A DNA stretch of 64,000 nt, taken from the NCBI GenBank assembly GCA_963674735.2, contig CAXXQS010000001.1, forward strand, positions 2,464,001-2,528,000. The letters are read 5' to 3'. Origin of the DNA: Myxococcota bacterium. GTDB taxonomy: Bacteria; Myxococcota_A; SURF-8. The notes below the pieces were generated by a model. That model made no database searches. It saw only the letters and a list, made by a program, of their open reading frames with translations, and was not told the origin of the DNA. Position numbers and translations under genes: made by a program. This document shows positions 18,790-29,532 of this stretch, piece after piece (position 1 is the first letter of the stretch; every line of letters starts with the position of its first letter).

Positions 18790-18817
18790 ATATGGGCATA
18801 TTTGGGGAAGAATCAAG
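18790..18817 (-). promoter_or_regulatory. RpoH (sigma32)-like promoter CTTG-N17-CCCATAT upstream of dnaJ
   Basis: Minus strand reads cttgattcttccccaaatatgcccatat. Confidence 0.55.
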
Positions 18818-18848
18818 TCCCCAGACGATTTTTTGTCCGATTTATCGA

Positions 18849-20711
18849 CTATTCGCCGCCGTCTTCCGGCTCTTTCTCCACTTCCTCGGCCGCTCGCGAC
18901 GCCTCGGCATACATGATGTCGGCAATTTTGTGGGAATGCGTGCTCAGTTCTGCAATTCCTTCATGAATCGTGGCGTAATCGTTGCTGGCAAGAGCCGCCT
19001 GCAGATTCTTCAAGCCTCTTTCTATTTCCGTTTGAGCGGTGGGGGAAATCTGGTCGGAATAGTCCTTCAGCGCTCGCTGGGTGGTATACATCAGCGTATC
19101 GGCTTCATTGCGCAGTTCGGCCATAGCCAATTTCTGCTTATCGTCCTCCCGAGCCGATTCCGCCATCGTAACCATGCGCTCGATCTCGCCTTCGGTCAAA
19201 CCCGAAGAAGCGGTGATGCGAATGGCCTGCTCTTTGCCGGTCCCGAGATCTTTTGCGGAAACATTCAGAATCCCGTTGGCATCGATGGTGAAGGTGACTT
19301 CGATCTGCGGCACACCGCGCGGAGCCGGTGGAATACCAACCAACTCGAAACGCGCCAGACTTTTATTGTCGGCCGCCATTTCGCGCTCACCCTGCAAGAC
19401 GTGCACCGACACCGCCGGTTGGTTGTCGGCAGCGGTGGAAAACACCTGGCTTTTGGTCGTCGGAATCGTTGTGTTCCGCTCGATCAGCCGTGTAAACACC
19501 GCCCCGAGGGTTTCAATACCCAGCGAGAGCGGTGTAACATCCAATAGCAGAACATCTTTGACGTCGCCTTTCAGAACACCACCCTGGATAGCGGCGCCGA
19601 TGGCAACCACTTCGTCGGGATTGACGCCTTTAAACGGCTGTTTTCCAAAGAACTCGGCCACACGGCCTTGCACTTTCGGCATACGCGTCATGCCGCCCAC
19701 CAAGATCACCTGGGTGATCTCATCGGTCGTCAGCCCGGCATCTTTGAGCGCCAGCCGACAAGGCTCGATGGTGTGATCGATCAAATCTTCGACCAAAGAT
19801 TCGAGTTTGGCACGCGACAGCTTCAGATGTAAGTGCTTGGGTCCGCTTTCATCGGCGGTAATGAACGGCAGGTTGACTTCCGTCTCCGTAGACGTGCTGA
19901 GCTCGTGCTTGGCCGATTCGGCGGCCTCTTTGAGCCGCTGTAAAGCCATACGGTCGCTCCGCAGGTTAATTCCGTGCTGGCGTTTGAATTCATCGGTCAT
20001 CCAGTCGATGATGCGCTGATCGAAATCTTCGCCACCGAGGAACGTGTCGCCATTGGTGGCGCGCACTTCGAAAACGCCCTCGTTGAGTTCGAGGATGGAA
20101 ATATCGAAAGTCCCGCCGCCGAGATCGTATACGGCGATACGCTCGTTCTGTTCCGTTTGTTCGTGATCCATTCCATAAGCCAGCGCGGCAGCCGTGGGCT
20201 CGTTGATGATGCGCAACACATTCAACCCCGCAATGCGGCCCGCGTCCTTGGTGGCCTGACGTTGCGAATCGTTGAAATACGCCGGAACCGTGATCACCGC
20301 GTCGGTGACTTCTTCACTGAGATAGTCTTCCGCCGTCTGTTTCATCTTCTGCAGCACCATGGCCGAAATTTCAGGTGGACTGAATTCTTTATCGGCCACT
20401 TTCACCCAGGCATCGGCATTCTTGGCGGAAACGATCTGATATGGCATGGTTTCCATCGCACGCTTGATTTCCGGAGAATCGAAGGTGCGGCCAACCAGTC
20501 GCTTAATGGCATGAACGGTATTCTCGGGATTGGTGATGGCCTGACGCTTCGCTATCTGACCAACCAGTCGCTCACCCTGCTCAGTAAAGGCAACCATGGA
20601 AGGCGTTGTACGTGCACCTTCCGAATTGGCGATAACAACGGGGTCTCCCCCTTCGATGATGGAGACACAGGAATTGGTGGTCCCCAGATCAATTCCAATC
20701 ACTTTGCTCAT
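18849..20711 (-). CDS. dnaK: Chaperone DnaK (Hsp70)
   Basis: [25 protein letters not shown] and NPDEVVA. Confidence 0.98.
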   Translation of the reverse strand: MSKVIGIDLGTTNSCVSIIEGGDPVVIANSEGARTTPSMVAFTEQGERLVGQIAKRQAITNPENTVHAIKRLVGRTFDSPEIKRAMETMPYQIVSAKNADAWVKVADKEFSPPEISAMVLQKMKQTAEDYLSEEVTDAVITVPAYFNDSQRQATKDAGRIAGLNVLRIINEPTAAALAYGMDHEQTEQNERIAVYDLGGGTFDISILELNEGVFEVRATNGDTFLGGEDFDQRIIDWMTDEFKRQHGINLRSDRMALQRLKEAAESAKHELSTSTETEVNLPFITADESGPKHLHLKLSRAKLESLVEDLIDHTIEPCRLALKDAGLTTDEITQVILVGGMTRMPKVQGRVAEFFGKQPFKGVNPDEVVAIGAAIQGGVLKGDVKDVLLLDVTPLSLGIETLGAVFTRLIERNTTIPTTKSQVFSTAADNQPAVSVHVLQGEREMAADNKSLARFELVGIPPAPRGVPQIEVTFTIDANGILNVSAKDLGTGKEQAIRITASSGLTEGEIERMVTMAESAREDDKQKLAMAELRNEADTLMYTTQRALKDYSDQISPTAQTEIERGLKNLQAALASNDYATIHEGIAELSTHSHKIADIMYAEASRAAEEVEKEPEDGGE

Positions 20712-20778
20712 GGGCAGCTCCCTTTATGCGGTCGGATCTCAAACAATCGATAGTGTATTCGTTAAAACAGGTCTTGGT

Positions 20779-21924
20779 TCAGGTTTCGTCAATCGGTTCC
20801 AGTTCTTCGAGCTCCTGCGTTGGGTCGTCGGCCATATCCTCTACATTATCGAGAGGTTCGATCTCTTCCAATTCTTCGGCTTCCCTATCGGGTTTGCCGG
20901 TTTCCGCTTCAGCGCCGGATGGTGTTTGCGACACCACGACCAAAGCCGCTCGGATCAGGCGATCGTGCAGAAAGTAACCTTTCTGAAATTCTTCCACCAC
21001 CTGGTTGGACTCGACTTCCACGGTCTCCCGTACGGAAATCGCCTGGTGTTTGGTCGGATCGAATACACGCCCCAGACTTTCAACCGAACGTACCCCGGAT
21101 TTCTTCAAGATTTCACGGATCTGGCGATAGATCATCTGAACGCCTTCGAGCAGCGTATTGAAATCTTTCGACTGTTCCAGATGTGCCAAAGCTCTTTCGA
21201 AATTGTCCATCACCGGCAGAAGTTGCTTGAGCAACTCCTCGTTGACGAACCGTTGATGCTCTTCCCGTTCTCGGACCGTGCGCTTTTTGAAGTTATCGAA
21301 ATCGGCCATCACACGCAACAACCGTTCGTAATTCTCATCCGCTTGCTTCTGATCGGCTGCGACCGTCTCTCCCGTTTCCGACTTTTCCACCGGCTCGACG
21401 GGTTCCGGATCTTCTTCCTCGATCTCGATCTCGCTCTCCGTATCGAATATCTCGGCCAAACCGGTCATCGGCTGGGCGGGCGGCTCGTCGTTAATGGCCT
21501 CCATAATTGGCGGCACCACAGGCGACGTCGCGGACAGCAAAACTTCGCTATCCAGAATGTCATCCACGACCTCGAAGTCATCTTCCGAGTCGCCTTCATC
21601 CTCGACCCGACTTTGTAGATCACCGACACCGAGAGGCAATTCAGCCGGCATGTCGCCCCTTTGGAAGTCTTTGTCCTCCAATTTCCGGCCGGTCAGTTCT
21701 TCTGCGATGTCATCCCTGAGCGATTCGAAGGCATGGGCTTGATCGTCATCGGACGGTTCGTTCTCGGGTGGGGTTGGTTGAGTCTTACGAGAAATGGCTT
21801 TATCGGCATCTTCCAAGGCCATATTGATGGCCGAAGCCAACGAATCGAGATCGGAAAAATGTTCGTCCACGCTTTCGAGATTTATCGGGGAGCCTTTCGG
21901 CCTCTGTTTTTTCGATTGACTCAC
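20779..21924 (-). CDS. grpE: Nucleotide exchange factor GrpE with very long acidic N-terminal extension
   Basis: ADFDNFKKR, LLPVMDNFERAL, FDPTKHQA and GYFLHDRLIRAALVVV. GTG 21924 is well spaced from GGAGGA. Confidence 0.92.
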   Translation of the reverse strand: MSQSKKQRPKGSPINLESVDEHFSDLDSLASAINMALEDADKAISRKTQPTPPENEPSDDDQAHAFESLRDDIAEELTGRKLEDKDFQRGDMPAELPLGVGDLQSRVEDEGDSEDDFEVVDDILDSEVLLSATSPVVPPIMEAINDEPPAQPMTGLAEIFDTESEIEIEEEDPEPVEPVEKSETGETVAADQKQADENYERLLRVMADFDNFKKRTVREREEHQRFVNEELLKQLLPVMDNFERALAHLEQSKDFNTLLEGVQMIYRQIREILKKSGVRSVESLGRVFDPTKHQAISVRETVEVESNQVVEEFQKGYFLHDRLIRAALVVVSQTPSGAEAETGKPDREAEELEEIEPLDNVEDMADDPTQELEELEPIDET

Positions 21925-22015
21925 CTGCACTCCTCCACCCAGGCTACGGCATTTGCTGGTGTCGTGCCAGAAGGCGTCCGATTCCTTCGGCTATCACTAA
22001 TTTACACCTTGGGGC

Positions 22016-22044
22016 AGAGTACTCTCCAGCGGGTTAGCTGTCAA
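22016..22044 (-). promoter_or_regulatory. Sigma70-type promoter TTGACA-N17-TACTCT for grpE-dnaK
   Basis: Consensus -35 with 17-bp spacer. Confidence 0.55.
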
Positions 22045-22246
22045 GAAAACATAGCGTAGCCAAATCCAGGCCTGCAAGAATAAAATACCTCACAATATCA
22101 ATCATCTCAAGCATTTTCGATCGTTTACGTAAACGATCCCCAGGTCATGGCCGATACGACTTTTTGCTTGGCTTAGCCCCCCATGCCGTGCTATTCAAAG
22201 ATTAGGATATTGACACTAAAAATCATTGTAATCCAGCGAGGGTGGC

Positions 22247-24463
22247 ATGCGAGTGAAGTGTGATAATTGCGGAGCCACATACAACATCGACGCAAGCAAA
22301 GTTCCTGCAACCGGACTGGCCGTTAAGTGCACGAAATGCAAAAACCTTTTTATCGTCAAACCCGAAGCGGATCTTCCCCAGGAAGTCAAGCCGGTCTCCA
22401 TCGACGAACTAGCCGTGAAGACGGAACCCGAACCGTCAATGGGGTTCATCTTACGGCAACCCGACGGACAAACGTTTGCATTCAAGGAATTTGCAACCCT
22501 GCAACGCTGGATCGTCGAGAACAAGGCACTGAAGCTGGACGAAGTTTCCCAGGATAACGGGCAAAGCTGGCGGCGTCTGCGCGACATCCCGGAGCTCGAA
22601 GCCTTCTTCGCCATCGTCGAACGCGCGACAGGCCAATTCGAAGCTCAGGACATCCCCGCGACCGATCCCATCCCCGAAGCACAGCCCACTCAACCCAAAA
22701 AAACCATGCAAATGTGGGCGGTAGAAGACGAAAAGCCGCCAGCCCCTGCACCCGAACCTGAACTCGAACCTGAGCCGGAACCCGAACCTGAGCCCGAGCC
22801 CGAACCCGAGCCGGAACCCGAGCCGGAACCCGAACCGGAGCCCGAGCCGGAACCCGAGCCCGAGCAGGAGCCGAAGATAGAACCTTCGATGGAGGTAGAC
22901 CTGACTCAAGAGGCCGAAACTCCCGAGGATATGAAACCTTTACGCCCAGAAGACGAACAGCCAGACACCATAACAAAGCCGGAACCGCAAACGGAAACAA
23001 TGCAGGAATGGAGCGATGCGGCTGCGAGCTCAGATGAGAAACTGGAACTCGGCACCCCGGCATCGGTTCCAGAAGCGGGTCCATCCGCTTGGGATAACAC
23101 TCCCCAACCATCGGATGATGTGTGGAACGATTGGGACGAAGACGATTTGCCGACCAAGCGAAAAAGCGGCAAGATCGTGGCCATCGTTATCGGAATACTG
23201 GTTCTGGCGGCGGCCGCCGCAATATGGTGGGTGCCCGACCTGCATAAAGCAGTTTTAGGAGGCGGTCCTCCCGAAGAAGCCCTCAGACATTTGCAAGACG
23301 CCCGCCTGCAGTTGAACCTGCATACGCCCGACACCCTGCAAAACGCCGAACAGACGCTCGTCGAACTGGTTGGAAAATACCCGGAATTCACCCTGGCGTG
23401 GGCCATGTTGTCGGAAGTTTACGCCACACGTGCCGACCTGGTCGAGTACGACCTGCCCAAACGGGAAAAAGAACGCGAAGCGATCAATCAAGCGATCAAG
23501 GATCTCAACAAGCAATTCGAAGCCGCCGACAACCGAGCCGACAAGGAAGCCCTGGTCAAACGGATAACGGTGCTGAAAGGTCAACTTGATCCACTCAACA
23601 ACCAAGTGATCAACCTCACCGAACGCTTGAACGAGTCCGTTAAAAAAGCCACCGAATACGCCCAGCGCGCCTTCGAGTTGGATCCGACGACTCTTGAAAC
23701 CAACCGCGCCGTAGCCGACTATTATCGTCTCGGCATGCAGGCCGCTAAAGCCACCGACTACCTCGACAAGGCACTGGCCAAAGACGCCGAAGACGCCGTG
23801 ACGTTGTTTGTCAAAGGTGCTCTGTTCGCCGCCGACGAATCTTTGCTGGCCAACGCGCTAACCGCCTTGAAGATGGCTTATCTCAAAGATCCGACCCTTA
23901 TTAAAGCCAAATTCAAAGTGGCGCATCTGTACCTGCAGGACGGGAAGAAAAGCGAAGCGAAAAAAATCCTCGAAGAAATCATCGAACAGAATCCCCAACA
24001 CACCCCCTCGAAAGCTCTTTTAGCGAGCCTGGTCGCCGCCGAGCCGAAACCCGAGCCGAAGGTCGAGCCGACCACCGAAACAAAACAGACCCAAAAGACC
24101 GAAGCCAAGCCGATGTCTTACAACGAGTTGGTCGCGACCGCCAATCGTCTGCGCCGCGCCGACCGAGCCAAACAGGCGCTGTCGTATTATCAAAAGGCCG
24201 CCGCCATCAAAGCCACCGCCGCCATTCACTCTGGCATGGGCTATTGCTATTTCGATCTCGGGAATTTCCAGGGAGCCCTGGATCATTTCAAGAAAGCGAT
24301 CCAAAAGAACAGCCGCGAGCAGGGCGCTTTGATCGGTCTTGCCATGGCTTACGAAGAGTTGGGAAACAAATCCAACGCAAAGAAATACTACCAGAAGTAC
24401 CTGGACTATTATCCGGCCGGTCCCGATGCGGTCGTAGCCAAAAACGCAATCAAACGACTCTAG
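22247..24463 (+). CDS. Zinc-ribbon (MJ0042-type) / GYF-like / Pro-Glu linker / single TM / TPR protein
   Basis: MRVKCDNC...VKCTKC, GYF_2-like segment (TLQRWI...[11 protein letters not shown]), (PE)n run, one TM helix, C-terminal TPRs. Confidence 0.85.
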   Translation: MRVKCDNCGATYNIDASKVPATGLAVKCTKCKNLFIVKPEADLPQEVKPVSIDELAVKTEPEPSMGFILRQPDGQTFAFKEFATLQRWIVENKALKLDEVSQDNGQSWRRLRDIPELEAFFAIVERATGQFEAQDIPATDPIPEAQPTQPKKTMQMWAVEDEKPPAPAPEPELEPEPEPEPEPEPEPEPEPEPEPEPEPEPEPEPEQEPKIEPSMEVDLTQEAETPEDMKPLRPEDEQPDTITKPEPQTETMQEWSDAAASSDEKLELGTPASVPEAGPSAWDNTPQPSDDVWNDWDEDDLPTKRKSGKIVAIVIGILVLAAAAAIWWVPDLHKAVLGGGPPEEALRHLQDARLQLNLHTPDTLQNAEQTLVELVGKYPEFTLAWAMLSEVYATRADLVEYDLPKREKEREAINQAIKDLNKQFEAADNRADKEALVKRITVLKGQLDPLNNQVINLTERLNESVKKATEYAQRAFELDPTTLETNRAVADYYRLGMQAAKATDYLDKALAKDAEDAVTLFVKGALFAADESLLANALTALKMAYLKDPTLIKAKFKVAHLYLQDGKKSEAKKILEEIIEQNPQHTPSKALLASLVAAEPKPEPKVEPTTETKQTQKTEAKPMSYNELVATANRLRRADRAKQALSYYQKAAAIKATAAIHSGMGYCYFDLGNFQGALDHFKKAIQKNSREQGALIGLAMAYEELGNKSNAKKYYQKYLDYYPAGPDAVVAKNAIKRL
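22751..22873 (+). repeat. Coding (Pro-Glu)n hexamer repeat, about 20 units
   Basis: ccngaR hexamers read directly. Confidence 0.95.
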
Positions 24464-24498
24464 CATCGGCCGAATACCGTGCGAAATTAGAGGCGTAC

Positions 24499-24804
24499 AT
24501 GCCGCTTTCACGCGATGACGCGCGACACATCGCCGACTTGGCTCGGCTTCGATTTTCGGAAGAGGAACTGGCTCAAGTTCACGGGCGACTTGGCCGCATC
24601 CTCGACTATATGGACAAGTTAAACGAGTTGTCCACCGACGGCATCGCCCCCACCGCCCATTTGCAGAATCAACCCACTCCGTTGCGCGATGACGAAGTTC
24701 GCCCGCCCCTCGATCTTGGCGAGATCCTGAAAAACGCTCCCGAAAGACAAGACGACACCATCCGCGTTCCACGAGTGGTGGGCGGCAGAAACAAATCAAG
24801 CTGA
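24499..24804 (+). CDS. gatC: Asp/Glu-tRNA amidotransferase subunit C
   Basis: HIADLARL...[11 protein letters not shown]...LRDD...NAP...VPRV; directly precedes gatA. Confidence 0.93.
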   Translation: MPLSRDDARHIADLARLRFSEEELAQVHGRLGRILDYMDKLNELSTDGIAPTAHLQNQPTPLRDDEVRPPLDLGEILKNAPERQDDTIRVPRVVGGRNKSS

Positions 24805-26282
24805 TGAATACCCTCCTCACCGACCTCACCCTGCACGAAGCGGCAGAGGCGCTGAAACGGCGAGAGGTATCGGCCATCGAGCTGACTCAAGCTCACCTGG
24901 AACGTATCGCGGCGGTGGATCCCCTGCTTAACAGTTATTTGACCCTCGACGAACCCGGCGCGTTGGCACAAGCGGCGGCATCAGATAAGCGCTTGGCAGC
25001 AGGCAATGAAATACGCCCATTGGAAGGCTGCCCGATCGCGCTGAAGGACAATTTCGTCACGAGAGGTCTGCGTACTACCTGTGCATCCCGAATTCTTGAT
25101 TCTTTCATTCCGCCTTACGACAGCGGCCCGACCGAACGCCTCAAAGAAGCGGGAACGGTTCTTCTGGGCAAACTCAACATGGATGAGTTCGCTATGGGCG
25201 GTTCCAGCGAAACGTCGGCCTACGGTCCGGTTCGCAACCCCTACGACCTCGATCGCGTCCCCGGTGGATCATCGGGCGGTTCGGCGACCGCGCTGGCGGC
25301 GCGCCTGACTCTGGGAGCTCTCGGCACCGATACGGGCGGCTCGATCCGTCAACCGGCCGCCTTTTGCGGCGTGGTCGGTCTGCGCCCCACTTACGGACGC
25401 GTCAGCCGCTATGGTGTCGTGGCCTATGCTTCCTCGCTGGATCAGGCCGGACCCATGGCCCGCACGGTGCGCGACACGGCGCTTTTGTTACAAGCCATTG
25501 CCGGTCACGATCCGCGCGACAGCACCTCGTCCTTGGAGCCTGTCCCCGATTTTACCGCCGCGCTCGGCCAAGATCCGGCCGGGCTGAAAGTGGGCATCCC
25601 GCGCAACTATTTCGGCGAAGGACTAGACCCCGAAATAAGAGCGGCCATTCAGATCGCCCAGTCCGAGCTCGAAAATCTCGGGGTCGAACTCATCGACATC
25701 GATTTGCCCCACACCGACTACGCTGTCCCCTGCTATTACATCATCGCCCCCGCCGAAGCCTCTTCCAATCTGGCACGCTACGACGGCGTTCGCTACGGGC
25801 ACCGCAGCCCCAACGCCCGGAATTTACTCGACCTCTACCAGCTGTCACGCAGCGAAGGGTTCGGCGACGAGGTCAAACGTCGAATCATGCTCGGCACCTA
25901 CTGTCTCTCGGCCGGGTATTACGACGCGTACTACAAAAAAGCCATGCAGGTACGGACGCTTATCCGGCAGGATTTTATCAACGCATTCAAACAGGTGGAT
26001 GCCGTATTGGCCCCCGTCTCGCCCTTCCCCGCTTTCCGTCTGGGCGAAAAGCTCGACGATCCGTTGGCTATGTACCTGGCCGATATCTACACCGTTCCCA
26101 CCAACCTGGCAGGACTGCCGGGCCTGGCTCTGCCTTGCGGTTTCACCAAAGCCGGGCTCCCCATCGGCTTGCAACTGATCGGTCGCCCCTTCGACGAATC
26201 CGGCCTGTTGGCATTGGGTCATGCTTACGAACAGGCCACCGCCTGGCATAAGCGCCGACCGGAGGTAGGCGATGGGGTTTGA
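24804..26282 (+). CDS. gatA: Asp/Glu-tRNA amidotransferase subunit A
   Basis: Amidase signature [28 protein letters not shown] and EVKRRIMLG. Confidence 0.98.
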   Translation: MNTLLTDLTLHEAAEALKRREVSAIELTQAHLERIAAVDPLLNSYLTLDEPGALAQAAASDKRLAAGNEIRPLEGCPIALKDNFVTRGLRTTCASRILDSFIPPYDSGPTERLKEAGTVLLGKLNMDEFAMGGSSETSAYGPVRNPYDLDRVPGGSSGGSATALAARLTLGALGTDTGGSIRQPAAFCGVVGLRPTYGRVSRYGVVAYASSLDQAGPMARTVRDTALLLQAIAGHDPRDSTSSLEPVPDFTAALGQDPAGLKVGIPRNYFGEGLDPEIRAAIQIAQSELENLGVELIDIDLPHTDYAVPCYYIIAPAEASSNLARYDGVRYGHRSPNARNLLDLYQLSRSEGFGDEVKRRIMLGTYCLSAGYYDAYYKKAMQVRTLIRQDFINAFKQVDAVLAPVSPFPAFRLGEKLDDPLAMYLADIYTVPTNLAGLPGLALPCGFTKAGLPIGLQLIGRPFDESGLLALGHAYEQATAWHKRRPEVGDGV

Positions 26283-27726
26283 ATCGCGTTACGAAATCGT
26301 GATCGGACTCGAGGTGCACGCCCACCTCAAAACCAGCAGCAAACTCTTTTGCGCCTGTCCGGCCGCATTCGGAGCGACTCCCAACCGACAGGTTTGTCCG
26401 GTTTGCCTGGGGTTGCCGGGTGCCTTACCCGTGCTCAACCGGCAAGCGGTGGCTTTTGCTGTCCGCGCCGCCCTGGCCCTTCGATGCCGGATCAATCTCA
26501 CCTCCGTGTTCGCACGAAAAAACTATTTCTACCCGGATCTACCCAAAGGCTACCAGATCAGCCAATTCGATTTACCCGTTGCGGAACAGGGTTACCTGGA
26601 CATCGACAGCGGGGAAAACGACCGGCGTCGGATCGGCATCACGCGCATTCACCTGGAAGACGACGCAGGTAAAAGCGTTCATCTGGAAACCGAAGATGCC
26701 TCGCTGCTCGATTACAATCGCAGTGGAGTCCCGCTGATCGAGATCGTATCCGAACCCGATCTGCGTTCGCCGGTCGAAGCAGCCGCGTATATGCGCTTGC
26801 TGCGGCAGGTTCTGCGCTATCTCGACATCTGCGACGGCAACATGGAAGAAGGTTCCCTGCGTTGCGACGCCAACCTGTCATTGCGCCCCTTCGGCCAGGA
26901 AGCGTTCGGAACACGTACGGAATTGAAGAACCTCAACTCGTTCAAATTCGTCGAACGCGCCCTTAGTTACGAAGCCCGCCGGCACGCCGCGCTCCTCGAT
27001 GCCGGACAAGCAGTGCAGCAGGAAACACGTCTCTTCGACAGTCATACCGGTGAAACCCACAGCATGCGTGGAAAAGAAGAATCGCACGATTACCGCTACT
27101 TCCCCGACCCCGATTTGGCTCCCCTCACCGTGTCTGACGAGTTTGTGGAGACCCAGCGGCGCAAACAACCCGAGATGCCATGGGACGCCCGACTACGAGT
27201 TGAAACCGACTACGAACTTCCATCTCAAGACGCGCTCTTGCTGACGGCGGAACGTTCCAGCTTGCAATATTTGGATCGCTGCATCCGTGCAGGTGCACAG
27301 CCCAAACGAGCCGCGAACTGGATCATGGCGGATGTGCTGCGCGACGCCAAGGAAACCGGCGGAGACCTGGCGGATTTCCCACTTTCCCCCGAAGAACTGG
27401 CCAATCTGCTTGTACGCCTGGAAACGGGCAACGTATCCGTTCCCATTGCCAAAGCCGTCTATCACGACATGCTCAGAACCGGGCAAACGGTCGACGCGAT
27501 CATCGCCGCCAATCCAAACTACCAACTGATGTCCGACACGGACGAACTGGTCAAGCACATCGAAACCGCGATGCAGACAAACCCGCAGGCTGTGGACAGC
27601 TATCGGGCCGGAAACCGCAAAGCTTTAGGTGCCTTGATCGGACCCATCATGCGCGCCACGAAGGGACAAGCCGATCCGGTCTTGGTCAATCGCTTACTCA
27701 TCGAGCGCCTTGAAAAAGACGCCTGA
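26272..27726 (+). CDS. gatB: Asp/Glu-tRNA amidotransferase subunit B
   Basis: [23 protein letters not shown] and [10 protein letters not shown]. Confidence 0.98.
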   Translation: MGFESRYEIVIGLEVHAHLKTSSKLFCACPAAFGATPNRQVCPVCLGLPGALPVLNRQAVAFAVRAALALRCRINLTSVFARKNYFYPDLPKGYQISQFDLPVAEQGYLDIDSGENDRRRIGITRIHLEDDAGKSVHLETEDASLLDYNRSGVPLIEIVSEPDLRSPVEAAAYMRLLRQVLRYLDICDGNMEEGSLRCDANLSLRPFGQEAFGTRTELKNLNSFKFVERALSYEARRHAALLDAGQAVQQETRLFDSHTGETHSMRGKEESHDYRYFPDPDLAPLTVSDEFVETQRRKQPEMPWDARLRVETDYELPSQDALLLTAERSSLQYLDRCIRAGAQPKRAANWIMADVLRDAKETGGDLADFPLSPEELANLLVRLETGNVSVPIAKAVYHDMLRTGQTVDAIIAANPNYQLMSDTDELVKHIETAMQTNPQAVDSYRAGNRKALGALIGPIMRATKGQADPVLVNRLLIERLEKDA

Positions 27727-27752
27727 CCGGCAACCCGCCCCACACACCAACG

Positions 27753-27780
27753 AAAAAAGCCGGGGAAATCCCCGGCTTTC
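27753..27780. terminator. Bidirectional terminator
   Basis: aaaaaagccgggga-aa-tccccggctttc. Confidence 0.85.
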
Positions 27781-27797
27781 AGCGTATACAAGCAAAA

Positions 27798-28838
27798 TCA
27801 GCCGCAGGAGCCTTCCGTTTCGCAAGTTCCTTCATTGGTCTGGGTATCCACACAACAGTCGTAACCCTCCTGGCAGCGACCGGTTTGGAGGGCTCCCGTA
27901 CCACAAGGATCTCCATAGCAAGACTCACCCGGGCCGACTGTGGGGATCTTGCAGCGCTTGCCTTCGGCCGTATCTTCGCACTTGCCCGGGCATTCGCAAT
28001 CACTATCCTGTTCGCAACGACCGTTGGGGAAACAATCGGGCTGGCTACCATCTCCGTAGGAAATGCAGTCGTTGAACGAGGCGCACATGCTGATATTCCA
28101 CCCGTCTCCCGTGTCATTACAGGTAAGAATGGCCTCCGTCAACAGCTCATCCAGGTCCAGACAATCAGGATTTCCCGGATCATCGGTGCAGCACTGTAAG
28201 TATCCAGGCTGACAAGAAATCTGGTCGAGACGGCAGGTGCCTTCGTCGCAGATGTAGCCCGATCCGTACAGATCGACACAATCCTGTTGCTCGCAACATT
28301 CGGTGGGGCAGGGATCGGATTCGAGTACGCAATTGTTGAAACGGCAGATGTAATCGGCCCCGAATTCGGGATTGTTCCAGCAATCGTAGTTCTGGCAACA
28401 TTCCTCATCGCAGGGAATGATCAACACACAACTGTGGGTATTAAGATCGCAATAATTGTTGGACGCGCAGTCCGCATCGGAACAACATTCATACTCGCAG
28501 GGCAACTGTCCCTGGTCGTTGTCGCCGTCCGGAGTGTCGCCGTCGCTACCCGTCCCATCGCCGTCGCTGCCATCATCGATTTTACCACCTTCACACAGGT
28601 GATTTACGCATTCTCCGACGCATTCTTCGTCGCTATAGCAATATTCGTCGATGGTGAAGCACTCTCCCTCGACCGAACAGACGTACTTGAGCCGCCCTTC
28701 CGCTCCGCAATCGGAAGCCTGGCTGCAGGCGGTGCGCTCGGATTCATCATCCGAGGAGGAATCCTCATTGCAGGCGTACGCAGCCATCAGCAATAGACAA
28801 GCGACAACCAGTGTCATCCAGGCATAGCGTTTCATCAT
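27798..28838 (-). CDS. Cys-rich acidic lipoprotein with DGD linker and tandem CxxxCC repeats
   Basis: Lipobox AYAC, very high Cys content, three CxxECC units. Start at ATG 28838 or 28835. Confidence 0.8.
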   Translation of the reverse strand: MMKRYAWMTLVVACLLLMAAYACNEDSSSDDESERTACSQASDCGAEGRLKYVCSVEGECFTIDEYCYSDEECVGECVNHLCEGGKIDDGSDGDGTGSDGDTPDGDNDQGQLPCEYECCSDADCASNNYCDLNTHSCVLIIPCDEECCQNYDCWNNPEFGADYICRFNNCVLESDPCPTECCEQQDCVDLYGSGYICDEGTCRLDQISCQPGYLQCCTDDPGNPDCLDLDELLTEAILTCNDTGDGWNISMCASFNDCISYGDGSQPDCFPNGRCEQDSDCECPGKCEDTAEGKRCKIPTVGPGESCYGDPCGTGALQTGRCQEGYDCCVDTQTNEGTCETEGSCG

Positions 28839-28981
28839 GACCTCGTTCTCCTTGGTATCCGCCATCGAGACGGATGCTAGGGTTTATTTCGGTATCCTTA
28901 AGGTGTGGCAAATCCTAACGATGGGCCAGTATATCATCCACAACCGCTCTTGGCAATGAGACGGCGTCCAACAACAACTCG

Positions 28982-29302
28982 TCAGTTCAGTGAATCATCA
29001 CCCTTAACGGGCAATGCCGGGGATCGTTTCGAGCGAAGCTTGATTTCGCCGAAATGCTTTTCATATTGAGCGAGTTGCGTCCCCAACAACATGTAGAGCC
29101 GTTTGGCGTGCAGGGGGCTCAGGATAACCCGCGAACGCACATTGGCCTTGCGAGATGCCGGGGGCAAAAACACGAAATCAAGCGTGAATTCGGCCTCCGA
29201 CTGGTTGGCGATAATGAAGTTGGCATACACGCCGTTGGCGATGTCATCATCGGCGCGGATCTCCAGCTTGACTTCCTTTTTTGCTGCTTTCTCATCGGCC
29301 AT
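28982..29302 (-). CDS. DUF3467-family protein
   Basis: GVYANF...EFTLDF...SRVILSPLHAKRL...YEKHFGEI. AGGAGG RBS before ATG 29302. Confidence 0.88.
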   Translation of the reverse strand: MADEKAAKKEVKLEIRADDDIANGVYANFIIANQSEAEFTLDFVFLPPASRKANVRSRVILSPLHAKRLYMLLGTQLAQYEKHFGEIKLRSKRSPALPVKGDDSLN

Positions 29303-29532
29303 AGCGCCCTCCTTTGACCTCAAGATAACACACCGGAAAAAAAGCGCAAGCCTGCCGTTGCCAACATCTTTCGAGCTCGTTGGCATCACCCCGAAGCCTC
29401 TCAAAAAGCGGCGATCCCACATGCTTCGCGACCGCACAAAACACTTGGCAGGCAACGCGGCGCTATGTTAGGGTGTTTTCCCGCATATGGATGAAACCGG
29501 CAGACCGGCCATAGACCGGCGAGGAGGAGCAC

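Noticed and set aside
18765-21618. Long plus-strand ORFs opposite dnaK and grpE
   Set aside because: Antisense open frames are expected from biased codon use in conserved GC-rich genes; no RBS or motifs.
21930-22246. CIRCE/HrcA control of grpE-dnaK-dnaJ
   Set aside because: No TTAGCACTC-N9-GAGTGCTAA found and no hrcA in the window.
25364-26251. 295-aa Arg-rich alternative-frame ORF inside gatA
   Set aside because: GC-rich off-frame artefact within a highly conserved gene.
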